Assembly (NCBI GenBank): GCA_028534125.1
Contig: CM052825.1
Coordinates: 25,544,001-25,608,000 of the forward strand
DNA: 64,000 nucleotides
Source: Lama glama
Lineage: Eukaryota
Reading direction: 5' to 3'
Part shown: one piece after another, positions 10,800-21,294 of the stretch
Position numbering within the stretch: the first letter of the stretch is position 1
How the letters are laid out: every line of letters begins with the position of its first letter
Program-made: the position numbers and the translations under genes
Notes under the pieces: model-generated
What the model saw: the letters and a program-made list of their open reading frames with translations, nothing else
Database searches by the model: none
What the model was told of the DNA's origin: nothing

Positions 10800-10951
10800 C
10801 TGATAACGACAATAATGCCATCGAAGATGTTGTAGGGGTTCCGGATGTAGCCCACTGGGCCGCAGGCCAGCAGCTTTAGCAGCATCTCCAGGGCAAACAT
10901 GCTTGTGAACACAATGTTGCTGATCTCCAAGGCGTTGGTCAGCTCGTCAGG
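10800..10951 (-). CDS. CACNA1H: CACNA1H exon 11 (IIS2-IIS3)
   Basis: [27 protein letters not shown]...[10 protein letters not shown]. Confidence 0.97.
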
Positions 10952-11439
10952 CTGGGGGCGGCAGAGGGGCTGTCAGGGCCTGCCCATGGTTCCCACTACT
11001 CCCTGAGAGCGGAGGGATACTGCCTGCGTGGTCTAGGAGCAGGGAAGGCTACATCGAGGGGCCAAGGGGCAGTGGCAGCATCTCAGAAGGAGCCCACTTG
11101 GCTGCCATCTGGAGGAGGAAAGCAGGACCGCAGGGTACTCCCTCCAGCTGGGCCCAGGCCTGCCTGTATCTCCTGACTGTCCCTGACTTCCCCCCGCCCT
11201 GCCCGATCTCCCCACCACCATGTCTGAGAACCAGGGTTCTGGAGACTTCCAAGACTTCCCAAGCGCAGGCCACGGGAACAGGGCCAGGAGCATCTGCACC
11301 AAGGATCCAGGGTGGGTGTGGGGGTGCACAGGGTGTGGACAACATGGCTGCTGACTCTGAACAGCTGCCCTGACCCCTAGTGGCCTTGCACACCCCTCCT
11401 TGTTGGCAGAAGGCCTAGAGGCCTCTTACTGGGGATGTG

Positions 11440-11812
11440 CTGGCCTGTGTGTGTGTGCACCTGCACATGTGTATACATGTGCACACCTGCACCAGCATAA
11501 ATGCTTGCATGTATGTGCACATGTGTGCCAGTCTGTGGCCTGCTTGGGTGCACATGTGAGTTTCCGCCCGCACCCATGCACGTAGCTGTATGTGCTATGT
11601 GTGTGCACAGCCACCTATGTGTGCATGTGCACATGAATCCACATCTGCACAGATAAACTTTATGTGCATACATGTGTGCACCTGTGTTTGTGCTCCTGTA
11701 CGCACATGTATGCAATCAGGTATATGTGTGCACATTCAAGGGTGTGTACGTGTGTACGTTCAAGGGTGTGTATGCGTGTGTGTGTGCGCACACACACGCA
11801 TACACGCGCAGA
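11440..11812. repeat. Degenerate (TG/CA)n alternating purine-pyrimidine tract, intron 10
   Basis: tgtgtgtgcacctgcacatgtgtatacatgtgcac... over ~370 nt. Confidence 0.9.
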
Positions 11813-12660
11813 GGCTTTTCCTTGCCAAGGAGTCCTTCATGGCCTGTTGCTGTCTCTGCCTTGGATCTCACCCTCACAAAGAGAACCTCTCTGCCGGGGC
11901 CTGCTGGTGGCTAACACTGCTTGGGTTTGTCCCTAAATTGCTCCAGGATGAAAGAACACAGCTGAAGTGACTTGAAAAGCCCAGAGGGCAGAAGACGAGG
12001 AAGTCAATTTAGTCGATAAAAGTGAACTGGCCTCTCTCCCCAGAGAGGGCTCCCTCTCCCTGCCTGACCCGGCCGCTGCTCATCTCTGCCAAGGCTCCAG
12101 TGCTGGGCTGAGGCTGGAGTGGACCAGTGTGCAGGGTAGGGTCTAGGCATCAGGCAACTGGGGGGCCAGGCATCAACCCCACAATTCCTCCTCTGAAGAC
12201 CGTTCTACACCACTGGCCTCTTGTAGCCACCTGAGGGCACCCCAGGGGGAATAGCCGGTAGGTCTGGCTCATGTAAGGGGGGGGCCTCTCCCTGCAAGAG
12301 CTGGGCTGTGGAGATCCCATCCTGAGAAGAGCACTGAATGGCCCAATGAGCACTTAGGCCCCCTGCTGCTCCTGGGTCTGTGATTTCAACCCTCTACCCA
12401 AGATGGGAGGACCCCCGGCTGGGAGCCATGGTTTCTCTGGTCACCACTCATCAGAGGGTGGGCCAAGGATAAGTATTAGTGTTTGCTGAGTGACCAATAA
12501 AAATTCCCACAACAGCCAACATCCAACTCCCAGGCCATCCCTGTTCCCCTATCCCCACAAACCCCTCTGTGGGGCCCCGTAAGAAGCTGCATTCCCAAGA
12601 AGACACGAGAGATGTGCTCCCGGGGGGTCACTCCAAGGGCCATCCATGCAGCCCACCCAC

Positions 12661-13103
12661 CTGCTCGTGGTACTCGACGCCCATGCTCAGCGTATTGGTG
12701 AGGATGGCCACCATGATGCCACGGTTGAAGTACTTGCTGTCCACGATCCTGCGCAGCTTGCCACTGAAGGAGGTCCAGACACGGCCCAACCCACCCAGCT
12801 CACCCGCTGCTGCCCGCCGCTGCACCCGCCGCCGTGCCCCACCTGGGCCTGGCGCGTCCACCGCTGGGGATGGCTGCATGGGGTCACGGCGGTCCCCGTG
12901 CCGCACATCCTGTGTGAACTCGTAGACCCCATTGCTGTCTGAGTCTCCGCTGTCTGAGTCACTGAATTCCAGCTCCGGGTCCTCCAGGGCGCTGGTGCAG
13001 TATGGGCAGTTGCTCAGCTCACAGGTCAGTGTGCCCGCCTGGGGGCTGGGCAGGGGACAGGGCACGCTCAGGCCCGACAGGCGGCTGGGGGCCTGGCCCA
13101 GTC
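12661..13103 (-). CDS. CACNA1H: CACNA1H exon 10 (I-II loop, IIS1)
   Basis: [20 protein letters not shown]...[29 protein letters not shown]. Confidence 0.96.
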
Positions 13104-14158
13104 CTGCGGGGAGAAGGACACGGGGAGGCTCAGGCTGCTCAGCTGTTACACCAGGCGCCTGGGGTCCACACATATGTGGAGACTGACGTGGGGTGTCCAC
13201 CTGCACACCTGGGCACACGCACAGCCTGCACAGGGGCTCTCTGTTCACACTCCGGGGCAGGGACACAAATAGGCAGAGAAGCTTATCCACCTGGGGCCAC
13301 GCCATTCACAGAAGAATAACACAAGCCACTTTCTAGCAGCCATGTTAAACAGGTGAAGGAAACGTGAACATTCCAGCACAGGATGCACTTGAGCCATCAT
13401 CACTCAGTTACCACCTCCCAGTGCCAAGTCTCTGGGGCCTGGGTGACTCTGCATAGTGGCGGCTTGGACTTGCCACAGTCAGGGGCCCTGTGAGGCCAAG
13501 CTGCCTCAGCACACACACACTGTGACACACTTGCTTGCACACCTCAGGCACAGCACGTAGGATGTACACAGCGGTCCAGGCACACATACCCCTACACACC
13601 TGCACACATCACCTGGGAGGGCCTCGGTCTGTGTGGGGCCCAGACATCTGGGGGTTGCGCTGTCCTGCCTGACCCAGCTGGGAGGACCGAGTGTACTGGA
13701 GGGCACCCTAGCCCCACTCTCCTCGACCCTTGGGGGATCTGTGACCTTGGCTTTTCCTCCCTACCACCCCAGCCTGTCTCCCCACCTATAAAGGGGGCCA
13801 GCCACACCCCCAGAGAAGCAACCAGGCTGTGGACATGGGCAGAGGGCCCCTCTCGGTGGGGGCACTGGGACACAGTCCTGGGGGGTTGGGTGGCTTTCCT
13901 TTGCCAGCCTCAGAATTCCCATTTCTACGTGGCAAATGCTCCTGCCCCACTGAGCTGTCAGCTCTTAAGGACTATGGGCTGGACAGAAACAGTTGCCTTC
14001 AGAAGTACCCAGAAGTATCCAGACCCTCCCCCTCTCTTCTTCCCTTCATCCAGGGCTCGAGAGGGGAAAGCTGGGCTCAGGATGGTACCCACACAAGCGA
14101 GGATGTCCCCGGAGCCCCGCCCCCACTCCCATTGCTCTCCACAGGGCGGGGTCCTTAC

Positions 14159-14918
14159 CATGCTCCCCAACCAGGTGCTGGAGCTTCTCGCAGGGATCAG
14201 GGCTGCTTAGGCTCAGGGGGCTGTGCCCCCCAGCTCCCAGCGGCCCGCTGGACTGCTTCCCCTTGCTGCCGCCTGCAGCTGAAGGCAGGATGGTGGGGTA
14301 GTTCATGGCGCCCATCCCAGTGGCCAGCTTGAGGCTGGCAGCAGTGGTGGCCGCGGCGTGTGCCACCCTGGCCCTCTCCTGTGGCCCTTCCACATGACAG
14401 TCTGCATGGTACACGCTGTGCACTGACTCAGCGTCAGGGGGCCCACGCCCAGGTGAGGGCGGCACTCCAGCCCGCACCAGCCTGGTGTCCCCGGCACCCT
14501 CCTCGGGGCCCGGCCGGCGCGGGCTGCCATGGCTGAAGTGGTAGTGGTGGTGGTGGTGGTGGTGGTGATGGTAGACCAGGTGGTGGATGGAGGCGGTGCG
14601 CCCACCCGCCCGCCGCGCCCGGCGCCCAGGACCCTGGCCATGCAGTGCACTGCTGGGGTCGACCTTCTTGCACCAGCGACTCTGCCAGCGGGCGTAGAGG
14701 CGCAGGCCTCGGCGCTTCACCTTGCGGTAGATGTGGCCCACGTACCGGAGAAGCTCCTCGTAGCAGCTGCCTGGCTCTGAGAAGCTGGCGAGTGTGCTGT
14801 CGTTGGACAGGTAGCGGGCCCGCTGCTCCCGCATCAGCTGGTTCTCTCGTTGCTTCGTCTCTGAGAACTGTGTGGCGATCACCACCAGGCACAGGTTGAT
14901 CATGAAGAAGGAACCCAC
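14159..14918 (-). CDS. CACNA1H: CACNA1H exon 9 (IS6, gating brake, poly-His I-II loop)
   Basis: [25 protein letters not shown]...HHHHHHHHH...LVGEH; donor G|GTAAGG. Confidence 0.96.
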
Positions 14919-16078
14919 CTGCGGCAGGCGGGTGGCAGTGAGCCTCCAGGCAACCCGCCCACAGCTCACTCACCCGGCGTGTGCCCCAAAGAGCTGAAGA
15001 AGGGGGACACGGAGACCCACCGCCTTGGGTATCAGCGTTGGGTGGGGCAGGAGGCCAGGCCAGCAGCTGTGATTTCCACACAAGAGAGCTGAAGTCCCTG
15101 ATGGGGGACATACTGAGATCTACCGTGCACTGCTCAGTCTCAGGGCCAGGGACACAGCCAAGTGTGGCTGGTGGGGGCAACCTGTGAGGGGGGTGTCCCT
15201 GCTGATTTGAGGCTGGGCCCCAACACTGGGGATGGGTGGTGTGAGGTGGTGTCTCTTGCCTATTTGTGGACAGCTGCAGGACACAAGGGGAGACCCTCCT
15301 TGCAACATCTGGGTGGTTTGTCCCCTTCTTCAGATCCGTCACCAACCAGACCTTCCCACCCAGGTCAAGCCTTCTCCAATCCCCACGGCTTCACTGTCCT
15401 CAGTGACACTCTCCTCTGCTTGTGCTTATGGTCTGAGATAAGGAGGGGCAGCTGCCTGGTTCAATTCACTGCTGGTCCTTGTAGACCCTGCCCCAGACAC
15501 TGCAGGGCCACTGAGAGAACCAAGTGAGGGCCACTCCTGGAGGCCACATGCACTGTGGATGTCTGTGCCTGAGAGAAACACTTATACTGTAGAGGAATGT
15601 GCCTGGGCACCTGTGTACACTGGAGGGGTAGGACACCAAGAGGTGGTCCTGACTCTCCTGCAGCCTCCTAATAGGACCTGGCCATAGCAGGGGCCGAGGG
15701 GCCATGTGAGGCCTCTCTCCCCTCCCCCTCAACAGGCTTCTGTCCTCCCAGGCCTGCCCATTTCCTCCCTTTGGGGCTGGACAGAAGCTCTGTGCTCCAC
15801 CAAGGGCCCCCATCCCACTTGCCCTGGACTAGACAACCCTGGGCCTCTGCTGTCCCTGCCCATCCCTGTACCTCAGCCAGGCGCAGGAAACCAGGAGGGC
15901 CAACAGAGAACAGGACGGAGCAGCACCGGGGGCACGAGCAGATCACACTGGACCCCAGGGGCAGAAGGATATCCACTAACAGGAGCTTGGGGATCTGAGA
16001 CAGCCTGTCACAAGGTGTAGCGCCTCCACCCTCTCACACCCTTTACCGAGCACATCCCACCCAGCTGCCCGCACTTAC

Positions 16079-16171
16079 GATGATGAGCAGGATGAAGTAG
16101 ATGAAGTTGTAAAAGGAGTGAGCATCCATGACGTAGTACATGATGTCCACCCAGCCCTCCAGCGTGATCAC
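16079..16171 (-). CDS. CACNA1H: CACNA1H exon 8 (pore I, IS6)
   Basis: [31 protein letters not shown]; donor ATC|GTAAGT. Confidence 0.98.
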
Positions 16172-16299
16172 CTGGGGGGGCAGGCGGCTGGACACACGGA
16201 CAGCCCTGGGAGGGCAGCGGGGCAAGAAAGCCCTGCCTGGCACCAGCCCCCAGGCCCCGCAGGCTGGGCGCCCGGCGTTAGGGGGGACCCGGAGCCCAC

Positions 16300-16618
16300 C
16301 TGGAAGATGGCGATCCAGGCGTAGCCGATGTTGTCAAAGCTGATGGCCCCATTGTGTGGGTTGGAGTCACCAGAGCGGCACACGTTGTAGTACTGGTTCC
16401 AATTGATGCAGGTGTGATGGCCGGCGCCACCTGTGCCCTCGGCCTGCGGCTGCCCATAGGCCTCCCAGCCCAGCGTGCACTCCACGCGCAGCTCACGGCG
16501 ACTGGGGATGTGCGAGCACTTCTGCATGCCGTTGTCCCGGCGGGAGGAGCAGATGAAAGGGTTCTCCTCGCCCTCCTCCGGCTGGTAGTATGGCCGCAGG
16601 AAGCTGAGGTTACTGTTT
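16300..16618 (-). CDS. CACNA1H: CACNA1H exon 7 (domain I extracellular loop)
   Basis: [11 protein letters not shown]...[13 protein letters not shown]; AG/GT bounded. Confidence 0.97.
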
Positions 16619-16920
16619 CTGGGAGCACCAAGATGGAGAGACAGAGAGACACATAGAGATGGAAATGGAGATATAGAGACAAACAGAGAAACACAGAGAA
16701 GCAGACACAGAAACAGACGTAAAAACAAAAGGTAAAAAAGATCCAAGCTCAGTAGTGCTAGCGAAGCTCCAGGAAGAGCATGCCCCTGGAGCCCAGCCTG
16801 GAGGAGCCTGGAGAGGAGGAACCTGTTGGGGTGGGGCTGGAGGGGAGGAGATTGCTGGGGGCAGGAGGCCAGAGAGATGTGTTAGGGGAGTGGCCTGCTG
16901 GGTGGGCGGGGCCTGTGCAC

Positions 16921-17080
16921 CTGGCGAAGGTGCTGTCCAGAAAGCAGCGGTTGCGCAGCAGGCCAGCCCAAAGCTGGACTCCCACGATGCCGAAGATGAA
17001 GAAGACAAAGAAGCAGAGCAGGAGAACGTTCCCGAGCATGGGGAGTGTGTCCAGCAGCAGCGTGACCAGGATCCGCATGC
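16921..17080 (-). CDS. CACNA1H: CACNA1H exon 6 (IS5)
   Basis: [46 protein letters not shown]; AG/GT bounded. Confidence 0.97.
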
Positions 17081-18349
17081 CTGCAGGTGGCAGAGCAGCT
17101 GGTCAGCATGGCAGAACACTCCTGGGGAATCCCTGAAACCCCCAGTTCCCCCTGGGAACCCTAAGCCACACCCCTCCCCACCCCCTGCCGTTCACAGAGG
17201 GGTATCGGTGCCTCTGCAGGAGATCTGCACCTGGCCCCTCCATGTCCAACAGGCCCCAAGAGACAGACACCTGTGGGTCAGACCCCACAGAGGGGAGCAA
17301 GGCCTCAGCCTGGAGAGTGTCAGGGAGGGCAGTCCCTGCTCCTCGCAGATGCTGTCCAGGACCACATTGCATACAGGCAGGCCCCTAGGGTGATTGGCCC
17401 AGATGCCTCGGGGCCCCAGGCTCCATCATGGGAGCAGCAGCCTCAGGGACCACCAGCAGCTAAGGCTTCAGCTGCCTCTCACACTCAGGAGCCTGGGGGG
17501 TCTCGCAACAGGTACAGGGTTCAGGGACCTGCATTTCATTCCATTCTCTGTGAGAATCATGTGGAGCAGAGCCCTGCACTGGAGGGAGGTGGGAGCTGTG
17601 TGCACCCCTAGGGCAGGAGACACTTTTGAAGCTCTCATTCTTGGGTGCAATGGGTTGTATGGATGCAAATTAATCCACCGAGTGGACCAGCTGAGCCTCA
17701 CTTCCCCCTTGCTTGGTCATGGGCCTGCCCCCTCCCCGACCTCGGCAAGATAAGACTCCTTTCTGGAAACAAACAAGGGCCAGGCTAAGGGTGCAGACAG
17801 AGCCCTAAACTGCAGGGCAGGTGCCAAGGCTTCATGGAGACCACCTGGGGCTGGCGGATGGCAGAATGGGCCCCTGGGGTCTCAGAGGAGAATCACAGCT
17901 GGGAGGGGCACTGAAGTTTCAGAAATACCAGGAGGAAGATTGATCAGGGACAAAAGTCAGTGAGCACTGCCCTGGCCAGACAGCAACAGGCTTAGAAGCC
18001 ACAGATGGCCCAAGGTTCAGAGTGGACCCCAGGCAGTCAGAGTGAGATACAGCCATGAATATGACCATCTGAGGCTCATCATGAGGTACATGTGGTCCTA
18101 TCTGGGGGAAGTACCCTGTATGGGACAGGAGCATGTCCCCAGGGGAGACTGTGGGCAGCAATTCTGGCCACTGGAGGCATTTGGCCTGAAAAGGAAGATC
18201 TGTGCTGTGACAGAGGTGGTACTGCCACATGATGCTCTGAAAGGGGGCCCAGGTGAGCAGACCGAGTGCACGGTGGTGCCAGGCACAGAGCTGAGAACCA
18301 CGTGTGACACCTCACCTCACAGCCATCCTTAAAGGGTACCACTAGTGTC

Positions 18350-18435
18350 CTGCTATCACAGTTGGGGAAACTGAGGCTCAGAGAGGTACAGTAATTTGCC
18401 CAGGGTCACACATCTGAACCCTGAGGGTAGAGCCA
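18350..18435 (-). mobile_element. MIR fragment
   Basis: ggggaaactgaggctcagagaggt...ttgcccagggtcacaca (reverse MIR core). Confidence 0.75.
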
Positions 18436-19223
18436 GGTAGTGGGTGGAAGGCAGGCCCAGGGGTCCCAACGCAGCCCCAGAAGGAGGGAGTGTCCCACCC
18501 TAGGAGTATGTAACTTTTCAGGAGGGCTGCAGGACCAACCCTGACCACCTGGGTCTGGCTTCAGGGGCCACTAGGACTCAGGCCAGGCCGTCAGAAAGGC
18601 AGTGCATACCTACACGGTACATGCAGACCCGCACATACGTGTGTATATATACATGCCTCACAGTTGTGTGGGCACTTCCCCCACCCCCACCCCTCCAGGA
18701 AAATTAACAGCTGAATTCAGTTATAGCATTGAACACCATGAAGACACAGGAAATCCCAAACACCCTCTGTGTGGACAGATGACCAGGGTCAGGATGGGCT
18801 ACTTTCCAACAAGCAGCCACATGACTTCCTGGAAGCTTCTCCATGCTTCCCTGTAGTACTAGATAGACACTTCGGCCGCGCTCGGACTTGAGAATCACTG
18901 TGATGGGCCAGACAAGAAAGCCACGAGAGTCTGCACAGCTCCCAGGAATGACTCCAAATGCTGTGCAGATGAGAAGACTAAGGTTCAGAGTGGCCCCTGT
19001 CACTCAGCAGCCCCATGGGGAGCCAGGACCCCACACAGCCTGACTTTCCATCATACCCTAACATTGTCCAGGGTTGCTCCATCCTCCCCCCAGAAAGCAG
19101 CAGCAAATCCTCAGGTGCCCGTGGTGAGTGGCAGGAGGCCAGCCTCTCCTGCCCCAACACCGTATGATGCCATACAGGCAGTGTGGTCTCCTGGTCCTGT
19201 GCCCAGGGTGAGGGATTACTTAC

Positions 19224-19321
19224 TGGGCACACGGTTGATGGCGCGGAGGGGCCGCAGCACGCGCACTGTCCGGATGGCTGAGAGGCTCACGTTGTGTCCG
19301 TCCAGAGAGTACTCCATCATG
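19224..19321 (-). CDS. CACNA1H: CACNA1H exon 5 (IS3-IS4; DGH metal/redox site, His codon 19294-19296)
   Basis: [32 protein letters not shown]; donor A|GTAAGT. Confidence 0.97.
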
Positions 19322-19762
19322 CTGGGGTAGGAGCAGAGGAAAGGGGGACTCAGGCTGTGGGCATGTGCTCTGGGGTCAGAGCCAGGTCAGCAGGCACATG
19401 GTTCTCTCCAAAACACTCTGCCAGCTGAGGCCAGGAGGCCCGGGGCAGATGAGCACGTGCCAGAGGCCTGACCCCCATACTGTGTACTCAGCCATGCTGG
19501 GCCCTGAGGCAGAGGGAACACAATCTTGGGACATCACTGGGGGCTCCTCACCACTCATAGGCCACCCCATGCACTCAGAGTCTATCCCGCCGCCCCTGGT
19601 GCTGGCACAGGGAGCCCTGGAACAAGTGTCCGCCCCTAGCACCCCACCCCCAGCCATCTCTCAGATCCAGCTCTGCCTGAAGGCACCTCCCCAGCCCTCT
19701 TCCTGGGGGACCAAGGGGTCACTCCCAGGTCTAGGGCTTGTCCACAGCAGGGCAGGCCATAC

Positions 19763-19896
19763 CCCGCCATGACAATGAAGAAGTCCAGCCTGTTCCATGT
19801 ATCACCCAGGTAGCACTTCTGTCCGAATAGCCCCAGGGCGATCATCTTGATGACCATCTCCACCGCGAAGAAGGCGAAGATGAAGTCGTCAAAGGC
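19763..19896 (-). CDS. CACNA1H: CACNA1H exon 4 (IS2-IS3)
   Basis: [18 protein letters not shown]...[12 protein letters not shown]; AG/GT bounded. Confidence 0.97.
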
Positions 19897-19996
19897 CTGC
19901 AGGAGGCGGGCCTGAGAGGCAGGTCTGCACCCCTCCACTCCCCAGCCCTCATCACCCATGATCAGCCCTGCCCTGCCAGCCCCGCCGGACACCCAC

Positions 19997-20108
19997 CTCC
20001 AGGATGCTGCAGCGCTCCGAGCGGCACTCAACATCCTCACAGGGCCGGAACATGCCGAGGGTCACGCAGTTGAGCATGATGACCAGCATACTGACGTGTT
20101 CGAACCAC
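19997..20108 (-). CDS. CACNA1H: CACNA1H exon 3 (IS1)
   Basis: CCTTAAC...CAC| acceptor; (P)[19 protein letters not shown]...CSILE; donor GAG|GTGGGT. Confidence 0.97.
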
Positions 20109-21264
20109 GTGGGGCCAGAGTTAAGGGTCCACATGCAGGCGGAGGAGCCCTGGGACCTGCCCCCAGTACCTGGCAAAGCTGCCCCAGGGCCAGTTCCTTG
20201 ACATCCCCATGCCTGCCCCGTCAGCTGGGCAGTGAGGGACAGATCCGACACCAGTCTCTGGACTCTGCTGCCAACCTCTCGTGTACAGCAGGACCCTGGA
20301 TGGAGGTCGGCCACTGCACCCCAACTCCAGTGTACCAAACTACAGTCAGACTCTTGAATGAGCAGCCTCAGGGATGCTGCCCAACCTGGACCCCAATTAC
20401 CACAGATGTCCACCAACTGTGAAGGCACCATGAGGGTGGCCCCAGAGCCCCCCTCCCTGCAGCCCTGCATGAACCCTCCTGTGACCTCTGACCATGGTGA
20501 CAGGCAATAAGGGATGTGAACTTTAGCTCAATTCAGTGTCTGGGCCTGGAGGACCAGCAGCCCTACTCTGGGCCTGGATGAAGGGGGACAGGACACGGAC
20601 AGAGGACTGGTGAGTGAGGACCACCCACCATCACCGCCCCAACCCAAGTCAGTCCTGGGAGTGGAAGCCACTTGCCCGTGAAGAGCCCTGTCCAAGAGAC
20701 GTCCTGTTGGTAGGAGGACCAGAGGTCCAGCCAGAACCTCAGGGCACGAGGCCAGCAGCGAATGCTGCGTGAACCCAGCATGGGTGTCCCAGCCACACTC
20801 GGATGTCGCTGGCTCTCAGGGTGAAAGGCCACCCTTCACCTCAGTGAGCACTCCCAGTCATTCTGGGAGTGGCCACCAGGTGGCACCATGGTTCCACAGA
20901 GGCCACGGTGCGGCTGCAGCTTTTGCCCCCTCTGTGGCTGTCTCCATGAAGGGGTGCACCCCTGTGCCTGCCCCCAGTGGCTCATCAAGAAATTGGGGGC
21001 CCCTATGGTGTCCCAGCCATGTTAGGTATGAAGAAGGGGCCCAGAACCCAGACCAGGCAGGGGGCCCAGAGCTGCCCAAATGGGAGCTAGGCTGTGTGTG
21101 GGGGTTCCCTGTTTGGAAGACTGGGGCTTCACCCAAACCCGTGGGTAGAGGTAGGTACCCCTCAAGCCTGAGGGGCATTCCTTGTACCCCACATAAAGAA
21201 CCTCCCTCATCAGGACCCACATCAATCCCTGAGGCAGATTTTCTGCAGGCTGCCTGCCTGCCCT

Positions 21265-21294
21265 GGGCTGGGCTGGGCTGGGCTGGGCTGGGCT
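21265..21294 (+). repeat. (GGGCT)6 pentanucleotide repeat
   Basis: Six perfect units read directly. Confidence 0.95.

Noticed and set aside
13784-13796. TATA-like CTATAAAGGGG on the plus strand (also TATAAATA near 54733)
   Set aside because: Isolated short motifs with no CpG island or downstream gene structure to support an antisense promoter.
14434-15345. 303-aa alternative-frame ORF over exon 9 and several antisense ORFs over exons
   Set aside because: Shadow frames of GC3-rich coding sequence; no independent start or splice support.
15965-15972. Another sense-strand ATATCCTT U12 donor motif in intron 8
   Set aside because: No U12 branch site was seen downstream, exon 8 already has a GTAAGT donor, and a single 8-mer is compatible with chance.
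16168-16746. ORF with a hydrophobic signal-like leader in frame with exon 7
   Set aside because: Starts at TTG, and the leader is just translated polypyrimidine tract.
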